A stretch of DNA of 64,000 nucleotides from Cyanobacteria bacterium P01_F01_bin.150 (GTDB lineage Bacteria > Cyanobacteriota > Cyanobacteriia > CAKZMO01). Shown piece after piece: positions 11,345 to 19,693 of the stretch. The notes under the pieces were generated by a model. That model was not told where the DNA came from and made no database searches. It saw only the letters and a list, made by a program, of their open reading frames with translations. Position 1 is the first letter of the stretch; every line of letters starts with the position of its first letter. A program made the position numbers and the translations under genes. The stretch lies in the NCBI GenBank assembly GCA_039189765.1, contig JBCCYL010000026.1:11579-75578 (forward strand), given 5' to 3'.

Positions 11345-12622
11345 ATGAAACAACCACCCGAAATTTGTGCATCCGACGATAGCTCCTTCGCTGCCTACAC
11401 CCTACGCAATCGCCTGCCCCATATCCTGCGTCAAATTATTGAGGACAGCGACTATGCTACCGGAGTCGTTTACCAACTGGAGAGCTTAAACACCGAGGTT
11501 TTGGAGGGCACCATTACACCTTTGGTTGAGACGGGCGATCGCACCTCAGCCATTTGGAGTCAGTGCCTCCAGCCTCATCTGGATAAAAGCTGGTTTGATG
11601 CCCCCTTCTTTTTTGCCGAAATGTATTTCTATCGCCGCATTATCGATATTGTTGGCTATCGCAATAGCGCTAATCCAGAGTCCTGCGACCCGTTTCTTGC
11701 CAAGAAAAGAAAAGGCTTTGCTGATGCTCAGTCCCGCACCCAGCAGTTAGCAGAATGGTTAGCAACTCTGTCAGAAAAGGACAATACGATGGAAGCTTTA
11801 CAGGAGCTGTTGCTAGCAAATCTTTGGTCCAACTGTGCTGACTTAAGCCAGTTGCCTGAGACGTTTAGACCAGGGCCGCAGGGAGGGCTTGAAAGCGCTG
11901 GGACAGCCCCCTCCCCAGCCCTCCCTTTGATAAGGGGAGAGAGCAAGACTGACCCATCCACATCCTCTAGAAACGTTGCGCAAGGTGGCAGTCGGCTGCT
12001 TATTGATTATGCAGCTGAGGTTGCCACATACTGTCACACATCGCAGCCTTTGCAGCGAGTCGATATTATTTTGGACAACACTGGTATTGAGCTGATTTCT
12101 GACTTGGCCCTGGCAGACTTTTTACTTCGTACGGGTTTAGCCCAGCGGGTTATTCTTCATGCTAAGGACTATCCCGTCTTTGTGTCCGATGCCACCTTGC
12201 ATGATATTCAGTTTACGATTCAACAGTTGATGGCCAGTGATATAACCGCCGTAGCCCAGTGGGGCCAGCGGCTATCAGAGTGGATGGCAGGCCAGGGCCT
12301 ATTGGTTCAACATCATTCCTTTTGGACACTGCCGCTTTACTTTGACGTCATGGTTGCCGACTTGCAGGCGGATATGAACGCTAGCGATCTGTGGATTGTT
12401 AAAGGGGACGCTAACTACCGGAGGCTTGTGGGCGATCGCCATTGGCCCCTTGATACCCCCATCGACTCCATTACCCAATACCTCACCGTCCCCTGCCTTG
12501 CCCTGCGCGTGCTCAAGTGTGAATTGCTGGTGGGGATGGATATGGCAACCCTTGAGAGCCTAGAGTTGGAAAACGACTGGATGACCAATGGCACCTACGG
12601 TGTTGTTCAGTTTATGCAGTGA
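11345..12622 (+). CDS. DUF89/ARMT1-family damage-control phosphatase with an in-frame repeat-derived insert
   Basis: AEMYFYRRI, DPFLAKK, LDNTGIELISD, KGDANYRRL and LRVLKCE motifs; start at MKQPP. Confidence 0.88.
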   Translation: MKQPPEICASDDSSFAAYTLRNRLPHILRQIIEDSDYATGVVYQLESLNTEVLEGTITPLVETGDRTSAIWSQCLQPHLDKSWFDAPFFFAEMYFYRRIIDIVGYRNSANPESCDPFLAKKRKGFADAQSRTQQLAEWLATLSEKDNTMEALQELLLANLWSNCADLSQLPETFRPGPQGGLESAGTAPSPALPLIRGESKTDPSTSSRNVAQGGSRLLIDYAAEVATYCHTSQPLQRVDIILDNTGIELISDLALADFLLRTGLAQRVILHAKDYPVFVSDATLHDIQFTIQQLMASDITAVAQWGQRLSEWMAGQGLLVQHHSFWTLPLYFDVMVADLQADMNASDLWIVKGDANYRRLVGDRHWPLDTPIDSITQYLTVPCLALRVLKCELLVGMDMATLESLELENDWMTNGTYGVVQFMQ

Positions 12623-12626
12623 CTTA

Positions 12627-12782
12627 GTACAGCCTCTCGAAAATATGCCAGCAGTTGAACTACCTCCTCTAACTCCCTTAAAAAGGGGGAGGACCGGAAC
12701 TTCCACCCTTGCTAAGAGGGGGAATTGAGGGGGGTGAGTTTCCGGTGATAAGAACCGATGAGTTACTTTCGAGAAACTGCAC
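12627..12782. mobile_element. MITE-like element (156 bp) carrying CCCTT...AAGGGGG repeat hairpins
   Basis: TIR GTACAGCCTCTCGAAA / TTTCGAGAAACTGCAC (13/16), TTA on both flanks. Confidence 0.7.
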
Positions 12783-12814
12783 TTAGCCTGTCTTAATTAA
12801 GCCGTATGTCCTAT

Positions 12815-13420
12815 TTACTTTCCTTGAAACGGTAGTGACAGAATGCCTAAAATTTTGCCAACATCTTTGACGTAATATTCATCCAAGTCAATCGCAACGG
12901 TTGAGTCCACCAATCGCAAAAACTTCCACAAAATGCCTGTTGTTACCGCCCCATAAATTGCCGGGATATCGTCTCCATTTTGTTGATTAAAACGCTGGGC
13001 TGCTACCATTTCTGCAATACACTGGGCAAGGCCTCCCTTGATATCTTCATTTTTGGCTTCCACTAGGGTGACAACGGGCGATCGCACTTCATACAGTCCT
13101 GCAGAGGCCGTCAAAATATAGTCACAGTAGCCCGATAGCCCAGCATCTTGGTCCACGGTAAACTCAGTACCGGAAAAAAATCCCACACAACCAGGGTATT
13201 GGCGTCGCACTTCAAGTAAAATAGGCGCTATCACCAACTCCGAACGCGCCTTCTCCGTATTCACGGCATTCGCAAGCGGCACATAATCGTCTAATGTCTT
13301 TTGCAACTGTTGATTGGGTGCAAGCGACGCAACATCTCGAAATAGATATTGATGTTCATCCGAGACTAAATTGAAGGTCGCGGTGACCTGATTGAGAGAG
13401 ACAAATTTGCTGTAGGGCAT
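12815..13420 (-). CDS. Conserved cyanobacterial protein with a PD-(D/E)xK restriction-endonuclease-like fold
   Basis: TEKARSELVIAPIL, GYCDYIL...LVEAK, GLAQCIAEM and YGAVTTG..WKF. Confidence 0.75.
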   Translation of the reverse strand: MPYSKFVSLNQVTATFNLVSDEHQYLFRDVASLAPNQQLQKTLDDYVPLANAVNTEKARSELVIAPILLEVRRQYPGCVGFFSGTEFTVDQDAGLSGYCDYILTASAGLYEVRSPVVTLVEAKNEDIKGGLAQCIAEMVAAQRFNQQNGDDIPAIYGAVTTGILWKFLRLVDSTVAIDLDEYYVKDVGKILGILSLPFQGK

Positions 13421-13532
13421 GGCTTGGGTATCCCTATGCGCTAAGAGATTTTCGAAAATGATTCGGGTACGCTACCAGTATCTTGAAAAGTAATAGAAGA
13501 CGTAATCAAGAATTAGGGAGGGCGCTGTACCC

Positions 13533-13835
13533 ATGGATTTAGATTTTACCCGCCTAGGAGTCCAAATTATAGTCGCAATCGCCTGTGCTGGAGTTGCCAA
13601 TACCCTTATTCCTCGCCGCATTCCCGGCAAGCTAGTGGGACTCGTTTTTATTGGCCTAGTGGGAGTGTGGCTGGGGGAATGGCTCATTGCCTACTTTGAC
13701 CAGGCGTACAATTTCACGCATCCAGCACTGCACTGGAATATCCAACAGGTTAAGCTTATTCCCGCAGTCTTAGGCTGCACGATCGTAATGTTTTTAATGA
13801 AGCTTTTCCTACAGTGGGGGCGATACGAACGCTAG
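13533..13835 (+). CDS. Small membrane protein (transglycosylase-associated GlsB/YeaQ-like)
   Basis: Three hydrophobic segments; IGLVGVWLG and IPAVLG patterns. Confidence 0.7.
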   Translation: MDLDFTRLGVQIIVAIACAGVANTLIPRRIPGKLVGLVFIGLVGVWLGEWLIAYFDQAYNFTHPALHWNIQQVKLIPAVLGCTIVMFLMKLFLQWGRYER

Positions 13836-13880
13836 GGCACGCTTAAAAAGTTGATGGCAGTCGCAGTTGGCAGCAGGCCG

Positions 13881-14393
13881 TCAGCCGCCAAGGGTATCTA
13901 CATAGCCCTGTATATTCTCCGGCTGACAATCGCGCAACAGACGATTAGCTCGGTTGGTAATATTAGGTGCGCCTTTAACCACAACAAGATACTTCCCTTC
14001 ATCTAGACGATTTCGATAGGGCAAATCGTCTCCGCTTTGGGAAATGGCAACGCCTCCACCCACAAAGAAACTGCCCATGGCTCCAGCAATCGCTCCAAAC
14101 AGCGCTCCCAACAAGTGATTTCCAAAGGAGCCAATTGCGGGCACCAGCATATACTGAGTCGATACATTAAATGCATAGCCGCTAACGGCACCAAACGGCA
14201 CCAGCCAAAACGACATCAACGTTGCCCGTTTCTTTCCTTTCTTAGCAGGATCTACAAAGCCAAATTCATCAGCGGTCTTGTAGCCCCGTCCCAAAATACT
14301 CATTTGTTCCAAAGGAATCCCTTCTTTTTCTAGCTCTGAGTAAGCAGCTTCCGCCGCAATGCGATCACTCAGTACAGCAATAACGTAGTTCAT
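13881..14393 (-). CDS. Conserved cyanobacterial membrane protein (general-stress/glycine-zipper type)
   Basis: MNYVIAVLSDRIAAEAAY start, Gly-rich TM hairpin and YRNRLDEGKYLVVV. Confidence 0.75.
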   Translation of the reverse strand: MNYVIAVLSDRIAAEAAYSELEKEGIPLEQMSILGRGYKTADEFGFVDPAKKGKKRATLMSFWLVPFGAVSGYAFNVSTQYMLVPAIGSFGNHLLGALFGAIAGAMGSFFVGGGVAISQSGDDLPYRNRLDEGKYLVVVKGAPNITNRANRLLRDCQPENIQGYVDTLGG

Positions 14394-14487
14394 AAGCCCC
14401 AAATGATAAAACGTGGTATGTTTTAGCAAGTCTTTAGTCCAAGCGTCATTAATTATAATCGTTTTAACCTAAAGCATTCTTGCGACT

Positions 14488-15954
14488 ATGACCCATTCTT
14501 CAGTCTTACCCCTGGCTTCCAAGTCCCAGATGGCGTTCCAAGTACCATTGCCGTTGATCCCCCCCTCAGATGCAGACGGCAGTGAGTTTATTGCCAAAGT
14601 TGACGCCTCTTTGCGTGAAATTTGCAGTCACGCCAATCACCTCGATGCAGATGCCACCGCACTGAAAGCAGCCTTTGGCCAATTGGGGCAGCGATCGCTC
14701 TTGGGGCTGAAAGGATCAAAAGCGTGGGGCGGCACAGAGCGATCGCCTCTCCTGTTCCATCAATTTCAAGAGACAATCGCACGATATTCTGGATCGCTGG
14801 CCTTCCTGCAAACTCAACATCAGAGCGCAGTGGCACTGCTAAGCCATTGTGAAAATCCAGACCTAAAAGAGCGCTATTTGAGAGACGCAATTCAGGGGAC
14901 TGCGGGGATTGGCGTAAGCATCTCCCAACTGCGTCGCCCTGGCACTCCGCTAGTGAAAGCCGTTGCCGTGGAGGGAGGATTTATAATCAATGGCCAGATC
15001 CCCTGGATCACCGGCTACGGATGTTTTCAGCATTTTATCCTGGGTGCAACCCTGCCGGAGGGCCAGATTGTATTTGGATTACTGCCTTTCCAATCCACCA
15101 CGCAGCCTCCAAACTCATCAAACTCCCCAAACTCCTTAAACTCCCCAAACTCCTTAAACTCCCCAAACTCCTCAAACTCCCCAAACTCCTCAAACTCCCC
15201 AAACTCCTCAAACTCCCCAAACTCCTCAAACTCCCCAAACTCCTCAAACTCCCCAAACTCCTCAAACTCTCCAAACTCCTTAAACTCCCCAAACTCCTTA
15301 AACTCTCCAAACTCCTCAAACTCTCCAAACTCCTTAAACTCCTTAAACTCTCCAAACTCCCCAAACTCCTTAAACTCCCCAAATAAATTATCCACAGGCG
15401 GTAGCCTTACATTAAACCCTCCCCTTGAACTTGCTGCCATGATGGCAACCAATACGGTGACGGCCACCCTGACAGATTTTATGCTGCCCACAGCCCAAGT
15501 TTTAGGGATAAAAGATGGCGATTGGATTCATAGGGGCGATCGCCGCAAAACCCTCAATCACAGCTTCTTTGCCCTAGGATGTGCCCGAGCCGGGCTAGAT
15601 ATATTAGAGCAAGCCGCTTCTCGGAGCAAAGCATCGGTCACTCTAAAATCAACTTGGACAGCATTAGACCGACAGCTTAGCCAATGTAGAACCCAGGTGT
15701 ACAAAGCCCAAGCTGACGTGCAAGCCATCACCGACGATGGTGGAGCCTTGGCTGTAAACCATCGCCTCCAGCTACGGGCAAAGACGATTGATCTAGCCGT
15801 ACGCTGTACCCATGCAGCGGTTATTGTTTCCAAAGGAGCCGCCAATACATTGGAGCATCCAGCCCAGAGAGTTTACCGTGAGGCCTTAGCCTTTAGCGTA
15901 TTTGGTCAGACCCCTGCGATTATGGATGCCAGCCTAGCGATGCTCTGTTCCTGA
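14488..15954 (+). CDS. Acyl-CoA dehydrogenase family protein with a 90-aa tandem-repeat insert
   Basis: FLQTQHQSA, INGQIPWITG, ALGCARAGL and HPAQRVYREA motifs. Confidence 0.85.
   Translation: MTHSSVLPLASKSQMAFQVPLPLIPPSDADGSEFIAKVDASLREICSHANHLDADATALKAAFGQLGQRSLLGLKGSKAWGGTERSPLLFHQFQETIARYSGSLAFLQTQHQSAVALLSHCENPDLKERYLRDAIQGTAGIGVSISQLRRPGTPLVKAVAVEGGFIINGQIPWITGYGCFQHFILGATLPEGQIVFGLLPFQSTTQPPNSSNSPNSLNSPNSLNSPNSSNSPNSSNSPNSSNSPNSSNSPNSSNSPNSSNSPNSLNSPNSLNSPNSSNSPNSLNSLNSPNSPNSLNSPNKLSTGGSLTLNPPLELAAMMATNTVTATLTDFMLPTAQVLGIKDGDWIHRGDRRKTLNHSFFALGCARAGLDILEQAASRSKASVTLKSTWTALDRQLSQCRTQVYKAQADVQAITDDGGALAVNHRLQLRAKTIDLAVRCTHAAVIVSKGAANTLEHPAQRVYREALAFSVFGQTPAIMDASLAMLCS
15112..15381 (+). 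repeat. 30 x 9-bp in-frame tandem repeat (AACTCHYYA) encoding Asn-Ser-(Pro/Ser/Leu)
   Basis: 270 bp of AACTCCCCA/AACTCCTCA/AACTCCTTA/AACTCTCCA units. Confidence 0.97.
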
Positions 15955-16009
15955 TTACGAGGCTCAATGCTAGATGGATGGCATGAGCACGACTGCTTTG
16001 AAACGCCCC

Positions 16010-16537
16010 CTAATTACAGTAGGTCTTATTGTCCATAAAATAGGTTGCACCAATGTCCCCTTCACAGGCCACATTTTTCACCGTGGGATCACTAGAAACA
16101 TCTAGCCATGTTTTGCCCATAAAGCCTCGAAGATCGGTAAGGGGCATGGCAATAGAAATGGCTAAGACATCGATGCGTTTCCCATCTTGGTCTGAATTGA
16201 TCGTTCCGCCTTGATGACTTCTGTAACGATAATGCTGCGTTTGAGTGGCGATACCCAAACCTAAATCCGTAAGATTATTGGCAAAATTTCCTTGTTCAGA
16301 ATAGTATGCCTGCTGAGCCTTTAACATTGCTCCTACATTAGTTTTTGCTTCCGCCTCCTTCGCACGGGCAGTGACATTTATAAACGTACTGCTGGAGATA
16401 GCGGCAAGAATACCCAACATTACAATCACTACCAGTAGTTCAATCAACGTTAAACCTTGGATAGAGTGCAATGTGTTCTTTCGGCCAACACGTGATGCGA
16501 CAAAATAAAGCGATCGCAATTTATAGAAAAATAACAT
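16010..16537 (-). CDS. Type IV pilin-like protein (prepilin N-methylation motif, cyanobacterial G/H family)
   Basis: QG|LTLIELLVVIVMLGILAAI with E5; AKEAEAK.NVG....QQAYY. Start codon uncertain. Confidence 0.88.
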   Translation of the reverse strand: MLFFYKLRSLYFVASRVGRKNTLHSIQGLTLIELLVVIVMLGILAAISSSTFINVTARAKEAEAKTNVGAMLKAQQAYYSEQGNFANNLTDLGLGIATQTQHYRYRSHQGGTINSDQDGKRIDVLAISIAMPLTDLRGFMGKTWLDVSSDPTVKNVACEGDIGATYFMDNKTYCN

Positions 16538-16968
16538 GGGCTTTGCAGAATGGTAGATGAAATACAAAGACAACATGCAAAGTCGGTATCACAATCATCA
16601 CAGAATCAAACAAGCCAGATGGTACTGGCTAAGCTTGAATTCAACATCAAATATCAATCAATGATGAAAAGACGTAAAAACAACAATAGGATATATGTGA
16701 ATATACTGATTTGCATACGTTCATTACACTCTAAGTTCAGGCCATTATAGGTATTTTTTATGTAAGGCATTGACAAGAACCTGTAAAATAAAATCATGAA
16801 AAAGAATTAAATACGTTTTTATACCTAAAGTCATTTGTATCACACTTTGCCCTAAATATTCGCCTTGGGACAAAAATTTTGCTTGAAATTAGAGAAAGAA
16901 TAGGTAGCCAAAACGAATTGTGGCTCACCTTATAGCTGTCTATCTGGGCCATGGTCTTAAAATAAAGT

Positions 16969-18033
16969 ATGAAACAGGGAGTCAAAAATATGTATCGTAC
17001 TCAAGCTAGGGACTTGCAAAGAAATAAGATGCCGGGAGTAGGATGGGCAAAGGAGAATAGAACGTGCCCATCGAAACGTTTAACTGATTGGCCCCCGTTC
17101 GTTCATAGTGAAGGATATTTCTCTGGCTGGAATCAACTACCTCTATTTTATCAATTGTGGTCTCCCAGTTGCTCTCCAAAAGGGATTGTGGCCCTAGTTC
17201 ACGGATTGGGCAGTCATAGTGGACTATTCGAAACTATTGTTCAAAGACTCATCCCTGAAGGATATATCTTGTATGGCTTAGATTTAAGAGGTCATGGGCG
17301 ATCGCCCGGTCAGCGGGGCTACATCAACTCGTGGGAAGAATTTCGAGGTGATTTAGATTGCTTTTTAAGTCACATTATCGATGCCCATTACTATCACAAC
17401 CCTAATACACCCACTAACAAGTGTGGAGCCGCAAAGCATGCCAAAGACCTGCACCAACATCCACGCTTGCCCCTATTCGTAGTTGGCCATAGTTTGGGTG
17501 GAGTCATTAGCCTTGACTATGCCATGCACAACCCCGAGAAGCTGACGGGTGTGGTCGCGATCGCCCCCGCCATTGGATGTGTGGGTGTCCCTCCGATAAA
17601 ACTCCAAATTAGTAAAATGCTGTCTCAAATCTGGCCAAGATTTACCCTCAGCACAGGATTAGACCATGGTGCCGCCTCTCGCGATCCTGCCATTATTACC
17701 CGATATCAAAATGATTCACTGCGTCACGCGAAAGGGACAGCGAGGCTGGCCACAGAGTTTATGACTACCACTCGATGGATTCATAACCATGCGTCTCGAC
17801 TAGCTTGCCCCCTGCTGATTTTGCATGGTGGCAAAGATAGAGTTGCATTACCGGAAGGAAGCGATCGCTTTTTCAACAACGTCCACTTTCCGGATAAAAC
17901 CCGTCACCTATACGAAGAGAGCTACCACGACCTCCACAATGACACTAACTCCCCCAAAGTCTTACAGGATTTAGTTCAGTGGCTCCAAGTCAAAGGAGCA
18001 GAGCTAACCTCTTCTGGGCCATTATCCGGCTAG
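16969..18033 (+). CDS. Lysophospholipase/monoacylglycerol lipase (alpha/beta hydrolase)
   Basis: LVHGLGSHSG, DLRGHGRS, GHSLGG, HGGKDRV and YHDLH motifs. Confidence 0.9.
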   Translation: MKQGVKNMYRTQARDLQRNKMPGVGWAKENRTCPSKRLTDWPPFVHSEGYFSGWNQLPLFYQLWSPSCSPKGIVALVHGLGSHSGLFETIVQRLIPEGYILYGLDLRGHGRSPGQRGYINSWEEFRGDLDCFLSHIIDAHYYHNPNTPTNKCGAAKHAKDLHQHPRLPLFVVGHSLGGVISLDYAMHNPEKLTGVVAIAPAIGCVGVPPIKLQISKMLSQIWPRFTLSTGLDHGAASRDPAIITRYQNDSLRHAKGTARLATEFMTTTRWIHNHASRLACPLLILHGGKDRVALPEGSDRFFNNVHFPDKTRHLYEESYHDLHNDTNSPKVLQDLVQWLQVKGAELTSSGPLSG

Positions 18034-18070
18034 AGATCAGCTATCAACTATATTTCAGCCCTCAACCAGA

Positions 18071-19585
18071 TTATTGAATGGGCAGTAGCACTTGGAATTC
18101 TGTTCCGCAGGGCTGATCATAGGGTATTTGAGGGAGCGTAGAAGAAGCTTCGAGAGAAGATGTCTCAGGCTTCAACACAGTGGGGGACACCGACGGCAAT
18201 GCATCAGGGGGAAGGGGCGATCGCACCAGCAACTTACCATCATGCTTTTCAGTAACGATACGGTGGCTAACGGCTAAACTCGTTTCCTTCCCGGTCGGTT
18301 GTTGTTGGGCAAAAGACTGATGAATTTGTTGATATTGAGCCTCCGATAGGCCGGGGCCATTGTCCGCAAATTGAATCGAGATCCAACGATGTTGACTATC
18401 CTCAAAATGCTGTGTCCATACTTGAGTCGTAATGCGAATACAGGGCTTGATAGCTGAGCCAGAATGGGATAAGGGGGGTTCTGGCTCAGCTATCTGCGTT
18501 TCAGCGATGGGCGAACGGACTGCATTTTGGCCCATTTGTTTCAGTAACGCTTGGACCGCATTACTAAGAATATTGGTAAAAACTTGGTTGAGCTGACCGA
18601 TATAGCAAACAACAGGCGGTAAGGCTCCGTAGTCTCGGGTCACCTTAATATCCCCTGAAAGCTGATTTTCCAGCAAGAAAACAATACTATCCAAACAACG
18701 ATGAATATTTGCAGGCTTGGGATAGACCTCATCAATGTAACAAAAGGTCTGTAGGTTGCTAGCGAGTACTTTCAGACGGTTGGCCCCCGACTGAATACTG
18801 GCGATCGCCTTGGGTAAATCATCCTGTAGATACTCTAGCTCCACTTCTTCCCGCACCGCGTTCAAATTAGGCGGTAAAGGATGCATCGCGGCTTCATAGG
18901 TCTCAATAAGCTGGAGTAAGTCCTTGGTGTAATCTGAGATATGACAAAGATTTCCCCAGATAAATCCCACCGGGTCTAAAATCTCATGGGCGACACCGTT
19001 GACCAGACGTCCCAGACTGGCCATTTTCTCCGTTTGAATCATCTGAATATGACTCCGCTCCAGCCTCAGACGAGTGTCCATCGACTTTACATGCCATGCC
19101 GCTTGTAACAAATCAGTCCCATCCAATAGGCGATGGGTTGTGACATCTATACGTACAACAATCGGCTCTATGCCCAGCTCTGCCCTCTGCTGTTGTGAAG
19201 CCAGAACGTGCTCTGCGGCTTCCAGCAGTAACGTATTACCAGCCAGTACCAAGGGCTTTACACGGGCCATCCGCAACAAAAATGCGATGGGCTGTTCAAA
19301 TAAATTGAGTCGGGGATTAATCAGCCATTCCAGGACCTGTTGACGACTAATCATCCCTCTAAATTGCCCTTGTTCTGTCACAATCATGCCGGGACAGTTT
19401 TGATACTGTTCCAGAAAAGGGGTAACTTCGCCAATAATGTGACCGATATCGACCTCAAAGTGATGTAGTGACAACGCGTCTAAGGTAGCGTCTAAAGGCC
19501 GTAACCGTTCATCCGCAACGCACACCATTGGGGCATTGAGTGGCGATCGCTCTGTGGACACTGAAGTAGACATTAAATCAGCCAT
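18071..19585 (-). CDS. Sensor histidine kinase with an N-terminal CBS-like region
   Basis: EKMASLGRLVNGVAHEI H-box, QLNQVFTNILSNA N-box, DNGPG G1; G2 box degenerate. Confidence 0.88.
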   Translation of the reverse strand: MADLMSTSVSTERSPLNAPMVCVADERLRPLDATLDALSLHHFEVDIGHIIGEVTPFLEQYQNCPGMIVTEQGQFRGMISRQQVLEWLINPRLNLFEQPIAFLLRMARVKPLVLAGNTLLLEAAEHVLASQQQRAELGIEPIVVRIDVTTHRLLDGTDLLQAAWHVKSMDTRLRLERSHIQMIQTEKMASLGRLVNGVAHEILDPVGFIWGNLCHISDYTKDLLQLIETYEAAMHPLPPNLNAVREEVELEYLQDDLPKAIASIQSGANRLKVLASNLQTFCYIDEVYPKPANIHRCLDSIVFLLENQLSGDIKVTRDYGALPPVVCYIGQLNQVFTNILSNAVQALLKQMGQNAVRSPIAETQIAEPEPPLSHSGSAIKPCIRITTQVWTQHFEDSQHRWISIQFADNGPGLSEAQYQQIHQSFAQQQPTGKETSLAVSHRIVTEKHDGKLLVRSPLPPDALPSVSPTVLKPETSSLEASSTLPQIPYDQPCGTEFQVLLPIQ

Positions 19586-19693
19586 GAGACGATAAAGAAT
19601 AGGGTAATCAGCCGAACCATATTGCCCACTGGACAGAAATTGATAGCTCTAGCTATCGCTACTTCCTTAGCATTCCCCAGGACACCAGTAGCC

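Noticed and set aside
15112..15381. Possible CRISPR array (also considered for 42581-42637 and 55614-55743)
   Set aside because: Units are contiguous with no unique spacers, and there are no cas genes in the window.
15021..15491. Alternative-frame ORFs (KLPKLL, EFGEFK, SLGSLR repeats)
   Set aside because: They are open only because the 9-bp repeat lacks stops in those frames; the acyl-CoA dehydrogenase frame explains the region.
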